Positions 45,701 through 58,134 of a stretch of 64,000 nucleotides of DNA are shown here, piece after piece. The notes under the pieces are model-generated. The model was not told the origin of the DNA. It was given only the letters and a program-made list of their open reading frames with translations, and made no database searches. How positions within the stretch are numbered: position 1 is the stretch's first letter; every line of letters starts with the position of its first letter. The position numbers and the translations under genes are program-made. This DNA is from Macrostomum lignano (lineage: Eukaryota): NCBI GenBank assembly GCA_002269645.1, contig NIVC01002734.1:81223-145222 (forward strand), given 5' to 3'.

Positions 45701-48700
45701 GCGCTAAATCTAAACAGTGAAGGCCGCCAAATCTAAACAGTGAAGGCCGCCAAATCTAAACAGTGAAGGTCACCAAATCTAAACAGTGAAGGCCGCCAAA
45801 TCTAAACAGTGAAGGGCGCCAAATCTAAACAGTGAAGGGCGCCAAATCTAAACAGTGAAGGGCGCCAAATCTAAACAGTGAAGAGCGCCAAATCTAAATT
45901 TTAATGGTACCAAATCTAAACAGTGATGGGCGCCAAATCTAAACAGTGAAGGGCGCCAAATCTAAACAGTGAAGGGCGCCAAATCTAAACAGTGAAAAGC
46001 GCCAAATCTAAACAGTGGGCGAAGGGCGCTAAATCTAAACAGTGAAGGGCGCCAAATCTAAACAGTGAAAGGCACCAAATCTAAACAGTGAAGGGCGCCA
46101 AATCTAAACAGTGAAGGCCGCCAAATCTAAACAGTGAAGGGCGCCAAATCTAAACAGTGAAGGCCGCCAACTCTAAACAGTGAAGGGCACCAAATCTAAA
46201 CAGTGAAGGGCGCCAAATCTAAACAGTGAAGAGCGCCAAATCTAAACAGTGAAGGCCGCCAAATCTAAACAGTGAAGGTCACCAAATCTAAACAGTGAAG
46301 GGCGCCAAATCTAAACAGTGAAGGGCGCCAAATCTAAACAGTGAAGGGCGCCAAATCTAAACAGTGAAGAGCGCCAAATCTAAACAGTGATGGGCGCCAA
46401 ATCTAAACAGTGAAAAGCGCCAAATCTAAACAGTGGGCGAAGGGCGCTAAATCTAAACAGTGAAGGCCGCCAAATCTAAACAGTGAAGGCCGCCAAATCT
46501 AAACAGTGAAGGTCACCAAATCTAAACAGTGAAGGCCGCCAAATCTCAACAGTGAAGGCCGCCAAATCTAAACAGTGAAGGGCGCCAAATCTAAACAGTG
46601 AAGGGCGCCAAATCTAAACAGTGAAGGGCGCCAAATCTAAACAGTGAAGAGCGCCAAATCTAAACAGTGAAGGCCGCCAAATCTAAACAGTGAAGGTCAC
46701 CAAATCTAAACAGTGAAGGCCGCCAAATCTCAACAGTGAAGGCCGCCAAATCTAAACAGTGAAGGGCGCCAAATCTAAACAGTGAAGGGCGCCAAATCTA
46801 AACAGTGAAGGGCGCCAAATCTAAACAGTGAAGAGCGCCAAATCTAAATTTTAATGGTACCAAATCTAAACAGTGATGGGCGCCAAATCTAAACAGTGAA
46901 GGGCGCCAAATCTAAACAGTGATGGGCGCCAAATCTAAACAGTGAAAAGCGCCAAATCTAAACAGTGGGCGAAGGGCGCTAAATCTAAACAGTGAAGGGC
47001 GCCAAATCTAAACAGTGAAGGTCACCAAATCTAAACAGTGAAGGGCGCCAAATCTAAACAGTGAAGGCCGCCAAATCTAAACAGTGAAGGGCGCCAAATC
47101 TAAACAGTGAAGGCCGCCAACTCTAAACAGTGAAGGGCACCAAATCTAAACAGTGAAGGGCACCAAATCTAAACAGTGAAGGCTGCCAAATCTAAACAGT
47201 GAAGGCGCCAAATCTAAACAGTGAAGGTCACCAAATCTAAACAGTGAAGGCCGCCAAATCTAAACAGTGAAGGCCGCCAAATCTAAACAGTGAAGGGCGC
47301 CAAATCTAAACAGTGAAGGGCGCCAAATCTAAACAGTGAAGGGCGCCAAATCTAAACAGTGAAGGGCGCCAAATCTAAACAGTGAAGGGCGCCAAATCTA
47401 AACAGTGAAGAGCGCCAAATCTAAATTTTAATGGTACCAAATCTAAACAGTGAAGGGCGCTAAATCTAAACAGTGAAGGCCGCCAAATCTAAACAGTGAA
47501 GGCCGCCAAATCTAAACAGTGAAGGTCACCAAATCTAAACAGTGAAGGCCGCCAAATCTCAACAGTGAAGGGCGCCAAATCTAAACAGTGAAGGGCGCCA
47601 AATCTAAACAGTGAAGGGCGCCAAATCTAAACAGTGAAGGGCGCCAAATCTAAACAGTGAAGAGCGCCAAATCTAAATTTTAATGGTACCAAATCTAAAC
47701 AGTGATGGGCGCCAAATCTAAACAGTGAAGGGCGCCAAATCTAAACAGTGATGGGCGCCAAATCTAAACAGTGAAAAGCGCCAAATCTAAACAGTGGGCG
47801 AAGGGCGCTAAATCTAAACAGTGAAGGGCGCCAAATCTAAACAGTGAAAGGCACCAAATCTAAACAGTGAAGGGCGCCAAATCTAAACAGTGAAGGCCGC
47901 CAAATCTAAACAGTGAAGGGCGCCAAATCTAAACAGTGAAGGCCGCCAACTCTAAACAGTGAAGGGCACCAAATCTAAACAGTGAAGGGCACCAAATCTA
48001 AACAGTGAAGGCTGCCAAATCTAAACAGTGAAGGCGCCAAATCTAAACAGTGAAGAGCGCCAAATCTAACTTTTAATGGTACCAAATCTAAACAGTGATG
48101 GGCGCCAAATCTAAACAGTGAAGGGCGCCAAATCTAAACAGTGAAGGCCACCAAATCTAAACAGTGAAGAGCGCCAAATCTAAACAGTGAAGAGCGCCAA
48201 ATCTAAACAGTGAAAAGCGCCAAATCTTAACAGTGAAGAGCGCCAAATCTAAACAGTGAAAAGCGCCAAATCTTAACAGTGAAGAGCGCCAAATCTAACT
48301 TTTAATGGTACAAAATCTAAACAGTGAAAAGCGCCAAATCTAAACAGTGGGCGAAGGGCGCTAAATCTAAACAGTGAAGGGCGCTAAATCTAAACAGAAG
48401 AGACATTAATTGAAAAAAGAAAGTTATAATTTTTAGCAAAATCTGATGTACATGTAAAAATGACAAAACACATTTTCAGAAGCAGCCAGTCAACGCTACC
48501 AGCAGTTTTGGATCGGGCTCTGGGGTAAGCAAAATGCTGTTTGGCACCAGTGGAATGCGATGGCCAAGTCATTAAAAGTGCAAACATTTTCCCAACCGAT
48601 TCAGAGACCAAAACTCACCAATTGGAGAATCATTGTGGAGAAGTCGGTGGTCACTTGCCTTCTGTTGATCAGAATTCTGCTGGAGCTGCTCAAACTGATT

Positions 48701-50762
48701 CATAAGGTTCAGATTTCTGCTGATGCTTGCTACTTGTACTACTATCAATCTAGTAGTAGTATGCTTATACACTTACACTTTCAGTTAATATTCGTAGGCA
48801 GATAAGACACTCTAGATGAAGTTAGAGCCTGTTTTTTTGTTTGCGAGAGTGATGCGATGGAGTCCGATGAGATGCGATTGAGTCTTAAGGAGATTAGATA
48901 GCTTTTGATGAAGCGAGCTGAGATAAGGGGGAAATAACAGAGAAAAGATGAAGATTACGAGCCAGTTAAATCCGATAAGATAACGGATGAGACGAGGGAA
49001 GGAAGGGAAGGGAAGGGACGAGATGGATTGAAATAAGATGAGATAAGAAGCGATAAGATGAGATGAGATGAGATGAAATGAGATATGATGGGTTAAGTTG
49101 AGATGAGACGAGATAAGATGAGATGAGATGAGATGAGTTGAGATGAGATGGGGCGGGATGAGGCGGGATGAGGTGAGATGAGATGAGATCAGATGACAGG
49201 AGATATGATAAGATAAGATGAGATGAGATGAGATAAGACGAGATGAGATGAGATAAGATGAGATGAGATTAGGTAAGATGAGATTAGATTAGATAAGATT
49301 AGATGAGATGAGATGAGGGGAGATTAGATGTAATGAGACAAGTAGAGATAAGATGCAAATGACTCCTGGCCTCCCCAACAACTCTTTCAGCGCCTGTCCT
49401 ACTTCATGAGCATCGAGGTGTACTTCTACCTGAGCCTGTACTTCTCAACCTTCCTGTTCATGTACCCGCCGGACTCGGAGCCGTGCATGTGGAACTGGAT
49501 GTTCGGGCTGGTGTCCATCGTGCTGGCCTGGTCTCTGGTGCTGTTCCAGATCGAGTGGTGAGGCAAATCGAGTCATAAAATCATAAAATTGTTAACAATT
49601 ACCACAGATACTAGAATAACTATATCCGGCTAGATGGGCCACTCGGCAAATTTGCATGTAAGCTACTTTCAGTTCAGTAGTGAGTTAAACAGAAGCATTT
49701 CAGAATTACAGCAAAGGGTCATTTATTGGCTCTTACCCCCCCCCCAGCTTAAACCCGCCAACCGCGCCTTTCCCACTACCCCCCGCCCGCCCCAATTTTT
49801 ATTGCCTTTCTCGGAATTCTGCCATGTACATTTCAGTGGACTGGCCAATGTACATTATTGCTGAACCAATTAGCAAGCTGTTTACGCCTGCAAGCTTGGG
49901 CTTCTAAACTTATCAAATCTGGCTTTACTTTTATAAAATACCTTATCTATTCTTCTATGCTACTGAACTGAAAGTAGAAAGCTGTTTTATTCGAGCTGTG
50001 GTGAGAGGCAAATTGAGAATTTCGAGCAAACCTCAGCTGGATTTGCTCCCCTCTATCATCCAGTTGAACAACCGATTAATTTCAGCGTATCATTCACCGG
50101 TCTGTACTCGCTGATGTTTCAAAAAGTGTTGGCCTCGCTTGTCAAAGTGCTGCTCATCTTCTGCTTTTTCATTATGGCCTTCGCTATGGCATTTTATTCC
50201 AGCATGAGATCTTCGGTGAGTGGCCAACTGAACCGAAAATAGCATGCTTAAACAGTACCCAGGGGTGTCGCCATGAATTTTATGGTGGGGGGGGGGACAA
50301 AGCCAAAAATTCTACATGAACTCACATGACTAAACTCCTACACGTACATTATTTTAAGAACCGCTGTTTTGAGAATGCCCTCAGGCATTCATTTTGGCGC
50401 CGGTAGGCAGACACTCATTTTAGCGGCCTGAAGCCAAATTATTGATTCCCACAACGGTCACAAGTTGGGTGGGGGACAAAGCAATGGCATGTTCCCCATA
50501 GCTTTTACTGGGGGGGGGGAGGGCATGCACCACCGGCCCCTGTTCCCTTAGGTGGTGACGCCCCTGACAGTACCCTAAACAACACTCCGTAAAACCACTG
50601 CTAAACAACACCCTGAAACCATGCGAGACCACGCTCACACAGGGTGTACAGTGGCTCTTCAAAAATCGGCAGGCATGTACACTGATTGATTGATAGATTG
50701 ATTGATTGACTGATTGATTGATTGATTGACTGATTGATTGATTGATTGACTGATTGATTGAC

Positions 50763-50801
<39 letters not shown>

Positions 50802-50824
50802 CTGATTGATTGATTGATTAATTA

Positions 50825-50897
<73 letters not shown>

Positions 50898-50898
50898 C

Positions 50899-50953
<55 letters not shown>

Positions 50954-51000
50954 CTGATTGATTGATTGATTGACTGACTGATTGATTGATTGATTGATTA

Positions 51001-51079
<79 letters not shown>

Positions 51080-51085
51080 CGTTGG

Positions 51086-51123
<38 letters not shown>

Positions 51124-51129
51124 CGTTGG

Positions 51130-51163
<34 letters not shown>

Positions 51164-51165
51164 CG

Positions 51166-51243
<78 letters not shown>

Positions 51244-54200
51244 AGTTTGTTTTTTCATTAATCGACAGCCACCTCGTCCCCAAACGTCTCCAGACGCCCT
51301 TCAGCACGGTGCCCTACGCCATACTGAAGACATTCGACATGACAGTCGGCGAGCTGGAGTTCGTCACGTACTTTGTTACGGCTGATTACGGCAGCTTTCA
51401 GACTGCCGTACAATGCGTCTTCACTGCCTTTGTAGTCATCATGCCGATTGCGCTGATGAACTTGTTGGTGAGATTTTTCCCACTAATTTTAACATACTAA
51501 ATAGAAAAAAGTAGTGTGTTTATGTATTCAAGATGGAAAAAACGTTACTCCCTCATCACACTGCAGATCGGCATTGCAGTCGGCGACATTGAAGGCATCA
51601 CTCGCGATGCAGAGCTGCAACTGTTGGCTATAAAAGTACTGCACTGATTTTTATTTGGGAGGCTTTTTTACTTTTATTTCTACTGTTAGTAGACAGTGGC
51701 AGAGCTTTGTGCGATAAATGCATGTGCTAGTTGAATGCTTCGTCTAACAAGGTGTTATGGGATTGCTTAAGGAGTTTATAGAGAGCGAGATGTCAAGCTG
51801 ATAGGGGCGCCATGAGTAGCTGATAGGGGCGCCATGAGTAGCTTGTAGATGCGACATGAGTAGCTTGTAGATGCGCCATGAGTAGCTTGTAGATGCGCCA
51901 TGAGTAGCTTATAGATGCGCCATGAGTAGCTTGTAGATGCGCCATGAGTAGCTAATAGATGCGCCATGAGTAGCTTATAGATGCGCCATGAGTAGCTTAT
52001 AGATGCGCCATGAGTAGCTGATAGGGGCGCCATGAGTAGCTTATAGAAGCCCCATGAGTAGCTTATAGAGGCGCCATGAGAAGCTTATAGGGGCACTAAA
52101 ATGATTGTGAAGGGGGCTACAAGCAGAGCAAAGCCAATTACCAAACTCATCAATCAACCCGCGCACACCTGTCGCTCAGATCAATCTAATCTACGAGGTG
52201 GAGACCAACTGTCCCAGGTATTTCCAGCGCCGGTTCCACCGCTCCCACATGGAGGTCTATCCCAACCGCACCTACACCGGACTCAAAGCCGTGTTCAGGG
52301 GCAGCTTTGAGAAAGATTATCGAGCTTACAAAACTGCTCAGAGAGCCGAGGGGAGCGGAGAGAAATCTGAGACTGGAGATGAAGGCCTGAGGGAGGCTGT
52401 GCAGCAACAGAGCCGCAGGTGAGGAATTGAAAACTTTTTCAGCTGGTTGGATTGCAGCATGCTGGTTTATCAGTTTAGCTCAGTTCTTCATTCTTGAGGG
52501 ATGCCTTCAGGTCTGGTCAGACTCATTCAGGTCTGCTTTCCCTTCCCCTCAGACTCATTCAGGTCTGCTTTCCCTTCCCCTCAGACTCATTCAGGTCTGC
52601 TTTCCCTTCCCTCAGACTCATTCAGGTCTGCTTTCCCTTCACCTCAGACCCATTCAGGTCTGGTTTCCCTTCCCCTCAGATTCCTTCAGGTCTGGTTTCC
52701 CTTCCCCTCAGACTCATTCAGGTCTGCTTTCCCTTCCCCTCAGACCCATTCAGGTCTGGTTTCCCTTCCCCTCAGATTCCTTCAGGTCTGGTTTCCCTTC
52801 CCCTCAGACCCATTCAGGTCTGGTTTCCCTTCCCCTCAGATTCCTTCAGGTCTGGTTTCCCTTCCCCTCAGACCCATTCAGGTCTGGTTTCCCTTCCCCT
52901 CAGATTCCTTCAGGTCTGGTTTCCCTTCCCCTCAGACCCATTCAGGTCTGGTTTCCCTTCCCCTCAGATTCCTTCAGGTCTGCTTTCCCTTCCCCTCAGA
53001 CCCATTCAGGTCTGCTTTCCCTTCCCCTCAGACCCATTCAGGTCTGGTTTCCCTTCCCATCAGATCCGTTCAGGCCTGGTCTCCCTTCCCCTCAGATTCC
53101 TTCAGGTCTGGTTTCCCTTCCCCTCAGACCCATTCAGGTCTGGTTTCCCTTCCCATCAGATCCGTTCAGGCCTGGTCTCCCTTCCCCTCAGATTCCTTCA
53201 GGTCTGGTTTCCCTTCCCCTCAGACCCATTCAGGTCTGGTTTCCCTTCCCATCAGATCCGTTCAGGTCTGCTTTCCTTTCCTCTCAGATCCATTCAGGTC
53301 TGGTTTCCCTTCCTCTCAGATTCCTTCAGGTCTGGTTTCCCTTCCCCTCAGATTCCTTCAGGTCTGGTTTCCCTTCCCCTCAGATCCATTCAGGTCTGCT
53401 TTCCCTTCCCCTCAGACCCATTCAGGTCTGGTTTCCCTTCCCCTCAGATTCCTTCAGGTCTGGTTTCCCTTCCCCTCAGACCCATTCAGGTCTGGTTTCC
53501 CTTCCCATCAGATCCGTTCAGGTCTGCTTTCCTTTCCCCTCAGATTCCTTCAGGTCTGGTTTCCCTTCCCCTCAGACCCATTCAGGTCTGGTTTCCCTTC
53601 CCCTCAGATTCCTTCAGGTCTGGTTTCCCTTCCCCTCAGACCCATTCAGGTCTGCTTTCCCTTCCCCTCAGATTCCTTCATGTCTGGTTTCCCTTCCCCT
53701 CAGACCCATTCAGGTCTGGTTTCCCTTCCCCTCAGACTCATTCAGGTCTGGTTTCCCTTCCCATCAGATCCGTTCAGGCCTGGTCTCCCTTCCCCTCAGA
53801 TTCCTTCAGGTCTGGTTTCCCTTCCCCTCAGACCCATTCAGGTCTGGTTTCCCTTCCCATCAGATCCGTTCAGGTCTGCTTTCCTTTCCTCTCAGATCCA
53901 TTCAGGTCTGGTTTCCCTTCCTCTCAGATTCCTTCAGGTCTGGTTTCCCTTCCCCTCAGATTCCTTCAGGTCTGGTTTCCCTTCCCCTCAGATCCATTCA
54001 GGTCTGGTTTCCTTTCCTTTCAGATCCATTCAGGTCTGGTTTCCCTTCCTCTCAGATTCCTTCAGGTCTGGTTTCCCTTCCTCTCAGATTCCTTCAGATC
54101 TGGTTTCCATTAAACTCTTTTAACAAGCCATTCTTGGAGGTGCCTGAGGCAAACAGGCTTACCACATTCCACTTCTAATTGCAATTTCAGAGTCGCTGAG

Positions 54201-54260
54201 CTGGAAACAAGTGTCAAAGATCTCACAGCAAAGCTGGACGCCTTTATGCGCAATGCCTGA
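36468..54260 (+). CDS. TRPA1-like: TRPA1-like ankyrin-repeat cation channel, 24 exons, ~1118 aa after repairing one 1-nt frameshift
   Basis: Exons: 36468-36641, 36987-37361, 37737-37841, 37930-38050, 38135-38241, 38517-38564, 38666-38790, 39538-39586, 39757-40038, 40410-40659, 40996-41107, 41180-41349, 42788-42872, 42982-43041, 43215-43363, 43944-44091, 48480-48524, 48605-48706, 49391-49557, 50086-50215, 51294-51467, 51567-51635, 52180-52418, 54191-54260. All phases are consistent except exon 10 (250 nt, needs 251). About 16-17 ankyrin repeats, LLKHPL...EKW pre-S1, six TM segments, pore TFDMTVGELEF, S6 MPIALMNLLIGIAVGDI, C-terminal coiled coil. Confidence 0.9.
37385..37682. repeat. 15-16-bp intronic minisatellite (ctgacaccctcagcc)
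   Basis: Tandem units in TRPA intron 2. Confidence 0.9.
38870..39430. repeat. 23-bp intronic minisatellite (gtctctgatgcctgttttgtgac)
   Basis: Tandem units in TRPA intron 7. Confidence 0.95.
40708..40925. repeat. 8-bp intronic array (tgacccaa/g)
   Basis: Tandem units in TRPA intron 10. Confidence 0.95.
41415..41860. repeat. 31-bp intronic minisatellite (gagtagcatagcttctcatgattctcaagtt)
   Basis: Tandem units in TRPA intron 12. Confidence 0.95.
42160..42775. repeat. Two (TATC)n microsatellites (~42160-42242 and ~42532-42775)
   Basis: Direct reading. Confidence 0.95.
43418..43900. repeat. 19-20-bp intronic minisatellite (aataatcaggggtgtccatc)
   Basis: Tandem units in TRPA intron 15. Confidence 0.95.
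44135..44472. repeat. 23-bp intronic minisatellite (ctaaatctatagactgttagagg)
   Basis: Tandem units in TRPA intron 16. Confidence 0.95.
44555..48397. repeat. 3.85-kb 23-bp satellite (aaatctaaacagtgaagggcgcc) with higher-order structure
   Basis: Tandem units in TRPA intron 16. The variant unit ...ttttaatggtacc recurs at a 1756-bp offset. Confidence 0.95.
49035..49350. repeat. (GAGAT)n degenerate microsatellite
   Basis: Direct reading, TRPA intron 18. Confidence 0.9.
50260..50566. mobile_element. hAT-type MITE in TRPA intron 20
   Basis: TIRs caggggtgtcgcca / tggtgacgcccctg and an 8-bp TSD acagtacc (50252-50259 and 50567-50574). Confidence 0.85.
50682..51243. repeat. (TGAT)n microsatellite
   Basis: Direct reading, TRPA intron 20. 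Confidence 0.95.
51800..52092. repeat. 22-bp intronic minisatellite (gatgcgccatgagtagcttgta)
   Basis: Tandem units in TRPA intron 22. Confidence 0.9.
52505..54110. repeat. 32-bp intronic minisatellite (cattcaggtctggtttcccttcccctcagacc), ~50 units
   Basis: Tandem units in the last TRPA intron. Confidence 0.95.
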
Positions 54261-54724
54261 CAAACGATTTTAGTTCGCGTCTAATCCGCGTCTTTTGTGG
54301 TTGATGAACTTATTAAACCTTCATACTGGCCTCATATTCTAATATTTTCTTTGACTAAGATCTGAACCATGTGAACTCATGCATCACTCTTGCATCAGCC
54401 ACTTATTTGTTATTCTATCTGATTAGCGTTAGACAGAAACATATTTATTTTTGCTACAAATATTTTGCTTGACTAAAAATACTCTCTGCATGTGGAGTCA
54501 AAACGACGTGTGTTGTTTTGTGACAGCGGGCCCTTAAAAGGCCGTTTTTTATTAATTGACAAGTTTCAAGTAATCGCGCAATTTTCTGACTACTCTACTA
54601 TAAGTAAACGTCTACAAAAATGCTATGCAAATAAATGTTATTCTTTATGTCGCAGAAATTATCGATCCTAAGGTAATTTATGATTTGGATCAAATAAAAG
54701 TCTTACTTACTAAATAAACAGCGA

Positions 54725-55950
54725 TTGTCCGGTCCTATGTAAACCAAATCCATTGGAGGAGCAAAGTACTTTGGTGACAGTCATTGATTTATTGAAAAAC
54801 CAGTCGGAAGTTTTGGACAGCTTCAAAAATTTTCAAGTACTAGCTGTCACAAATCAAATAGGTAAATCCATTTGGGTTATTAATGGTGGAGAGTATGCAT
54901 CAGGCAAATTCAAAGTCTTCTGTGGCCAAAACAGAATCATTTACCAAACTATGAGTACTGTGCCGTATATGAAGTAGCGGAAAGGGTGAACAGAGCCTTC
55001 AACATCTGCGAGCATTCGAATGCACAGCCAGAGCACGTGTGTTGACAGAAAAGCGTCACAAAATTGACTCAAAAGTCCAAGTAATATGATTTCAAGAGTC
55101 CTGTTTCAATGAGCAGGAATCGGATCACCGGGACACACTTCAACTACATACAAATACAGAACCAATGGTGACTGAATCGCCTAAGTCTAAGTCAAGAATC
55201 GCCTAGTGGTTAGAGCGTCAAACTCACGACTGAAAGGTCGAGGGTTCGATTCTCGATCCACTCGGAACAATTTATGTTTTTGAGCAAGATACTCAACTCT
55301 GCATTGCTTCAGTTCACCCAGCTGAAAAATGGGTGCCAGCGTTAGCTGGTGTAATTGAGGGTGTGTGGCGATGGCGACCCCCAGTCCTTGGACTGAACTG
55401 CCGTATGCAGTCTTCAGACGCGCCGCGCAATAGCTGCGGCTGAGCTGTCGGTTGCACATCTGCTCATTGGGGCAGGTGTAATTAATTATTTTTATTTTTA
55501 TGTTACATGCATCTGTGCCAACTCTCAAGAGGCAATTGGCGTATATGTGGATGATATGTTGCTAACAGTATCAGACAGTAACTGCAACGCAAATTTAAAA
55601 TTAAAGACGGTGTGAGTTTCAGTACTTCCTTGAAGTACACGCTACCTGGATGGATGGCTTATTCCTTCTATGCCAAGAGAGATAATTGAACTGCAATGGA
55701 CTTCAATGGTCCTAGCAGCTACGGAAGTCGAGTACATGGTCCTTTTTGCCGTACTCAAAAAGCTATTTAGGTAAGACAACTACTACTGGAACTTCATCTA
55801 GAGCATATGGATTGCATCACCATCACGGGCATACAATCAAGGTTGCATTGCCTTAACTAAAAACCCATCTTAGTACAGTCGTTCGAAGCACATTTCGCGT
55901 CATCATTTCCTACGAGAGAAATTAGACATCCTAATGACAGCACTGTCACA
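54725..55950 (+). pseudogene. Highly degraded Ty1/copia pol relic (integrase, RT and RNase H pieces)
   Basis: GPM.TKSIGGAKYF..VID...KNQSEV...FK..., NGGEY (integrase); GVYVDDML (RT); ATEVEYM...NQGCIALTKNP...RSKHI..HHFLREK (RNase H). Many stops and deletions. Confidence 0.75.
55191..55500 (+). mobile_element. tRNA-derived SINE with CORE-like body, nested in the copia relic
   Basis: tagtggttagagcg (A box), gggttcgattc (B box), then ttgagcaagatactcaactc...cagttcacccagctgaaaaatgggt, with an AT-rich tail. Confidence 0.7.
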
Positions 55951-56529
55951 TTACTGTTTCGTAATTTAAAAAATTGCAATTTAATACTCAGAGGCAATAG
56001 CACTTGTAGACTACGACTGCCAATTATACACGACTGTAGTATCCTTCAATAACTGTGTCTGTTTCCAATTCAGACCATTTCATACTGCCTTATCGGTAAT
56101 ATAGCAATGAAGGGGGAGTTTTAACATAAATGCGTTGCTGTACATGTATGTGTAGTTGCTACTCACTGATATGTTCTATTTTAATAGGCGAATCCGTATT
56201 CCCCTTCTAGAATATTCTAGAATGCTTCACCATTTCATACAGTACTTGTCCATGTCTGTATCTTAAAACGTCAAGCTCTGAGCCTCCCTTTAACTCAAAT
56301 CTGCGTATTTTTACCTGACCCCTGACTCTCCCTTCCTGTCGCACTTTGTCCTTTCTCTCTGTCTCTGGATCTTTCATCGCCTTCTTATCTCTCGTCTCCA
56401 TCTCTCTGCCTCCCCGATATTCGCATCGATCCCGCATCCCATCTCTTCCTTTCATTTCATTTGCTTTTCCTCTTCAGTATCCCTCTGCTGCCAACTGCCA
56501 TCTCATTCAGCTTTACCCATTCAGTCTGT

Positions 56530-56530
<1 letters not shown>

Positions 56531-56596
<66 letters not shown>
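56531..56596. repeat. (CT)n microsatellite
   Basis: Direct reading. Confidence 0.95.
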
Positions 56597-56599
<3 letters not shown>

Positions 56600-56797
56600 G
56601 ATAACTGCAATAATTGAATAATGATTGCAACTGCCTCCACCATTTATTCATTGAGGTCAAAATGCCTCAGCTCAGCTCCAGCTCAGCACATCCCCATCTC
56701 AGTGCATTTCAGTTAGAAGAGCCAATCAGCTGAAGGTCGGGTATCGGCGAAGTTCGCAGCGTCCAACGAAAGCCAACGCGGCAGTGGGCGATTCGCG

Positions 56798-58134
56798 TCA
56801 GGTGCAGCTGAAGGACAGCTGTGTTCTCTTCAGGCAGACAAAGTTCGCTGAAGTACCAGCTTTAGCTGCTGAGCAGAACTTCCAGCACTCGACCCCGTCA
56901 TTGTCAGCAATCAAACTGTTTGGATTTAGGTAATGGCAGGATCTGAACCACCAACCGGCATTTTGTCCTTGAGATTTTGAGCATGAGCTACCGGAATTCT
57001 TGTCATTGTCATTATTGTAGGTGCTGAACTTTGACCCGTTGTGATACCCTGCTACATTACTATAGAGGTCGCCACCCGGTTCCTGATCACCGAGCATCAG
57101 CCTGTAACTCTCGTTTGCTCCGCGCACCTGAAAGCCCTTGAAAGTCGCCCGCATCAGTGAGCCCTGAACTTTAATACCTTCAAATGTCAAACTGCAGCTG
57201 CGGTCCTTCGTCATGGCTGACAGCTGCTCCAGACCTGCGGGATCGGTGAGTTCAGACTGACTCTGCAATTACTGGATAATCTGACATGAAACAGCACTTC
57301 TCCCGATGCAATTCGAGTCTCAGGATTAAACTCGCATTCTCCTACTTGTCAAGCAGAGCTTTAAAACCGATTTCGGCGAATTTGGCAGCTTTATGGTCTT
57401 CTTGAAATCTTCAAAATTCCCTCTTCCCCTCCCTTGTTGACTCCTATCTTGAGCCAACTGACAGTCTGACTCCCTAAATGTTGCCTCTGCCTCTTGTTCT
57501 CACCAGTTCCTGCTCACTGCTTCTCACAAGACTCTTGAATTGCAAAGGGTCATCACTCAATTGGGCTGAGTCACCCAGGCCACTCACCCATCCAGTAGTT
57601 GCCACTGAGATCTCCGAATCCCGTAACGTAGGTGTCCCAGTTCTGTGCGAACGAGAGGCTGTTGTCCAGGTGTTGCTGGAAGACCACCTTAGGGCCGGCT
57701 TTAGGGCTGGGCACAGGGCTGGTTTTGGATCGGACAGTGTAGAACTGAGAGCCGCCGGGCGCGAATCGCACAGCCTTCTGGAGATAGGAAGGGTCCGCAG
57801 AGATTCTTCTCCTTATATTCAAACAGCTTTTGAAGCTGTTGCACAGAAATACCAGCTGACCGGCTGTTCCATCGCTGGACACTCTACACATCATGATAGC
57901 ACCGAAGTCTTTACTCAGCATTCCACTTTCAGGAATCACTTTCAGACCATTGAGAAGCTGTTGGAATGAGTCAGTGATATTGAGGTCTAGTGAGAGCTCG
58001 AACTTATCATAGAATGAGTTGTACTTCAGGCTCGCAGGCTGCTTCAAGAAGTCCACCGAGAACTCAGAGGCGGAGGTCCTCTGTGCGACGGACAGCCAGA
58101 GAACAAGGACAATCAGCGCAGAGCGGAGTTGCAT
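56798..58134 (-). CDS. Secreted fibrinogen-related domain (FReD) protein, 2 exons (58134-57588; 57234-56798), 327 aa
   Basis: Signal peptide; VFQQHLDNSLSFAQNWDTYVTGFGDLSGNYWMG|LEQL; KFSTYNNDND...C.....AGWWFRSCHYLNPN. The phase-1 GT-AG intron restores the frame. Confidence 0.88.

Noticed and set aside
51269-51293. Apparent frameshift at the start of TRPA exon 21
   Set aside because: It disappears when the downstream acceptor ctccag|acgccc (exon start 51294) is used.
52427-54178. 540-580-aa FPSP-repeat ORFs (also 62167-63503)
   Set aside because: They come from the intronic 32-bp array, which lies between two phase-compatible TRPA exons.
55191-55265. tRNA gene (also 33035-33110)
   Set aside because: A and B boxes are present, but the stems do not pair into a cloverleaf and each continues into a SINE body.
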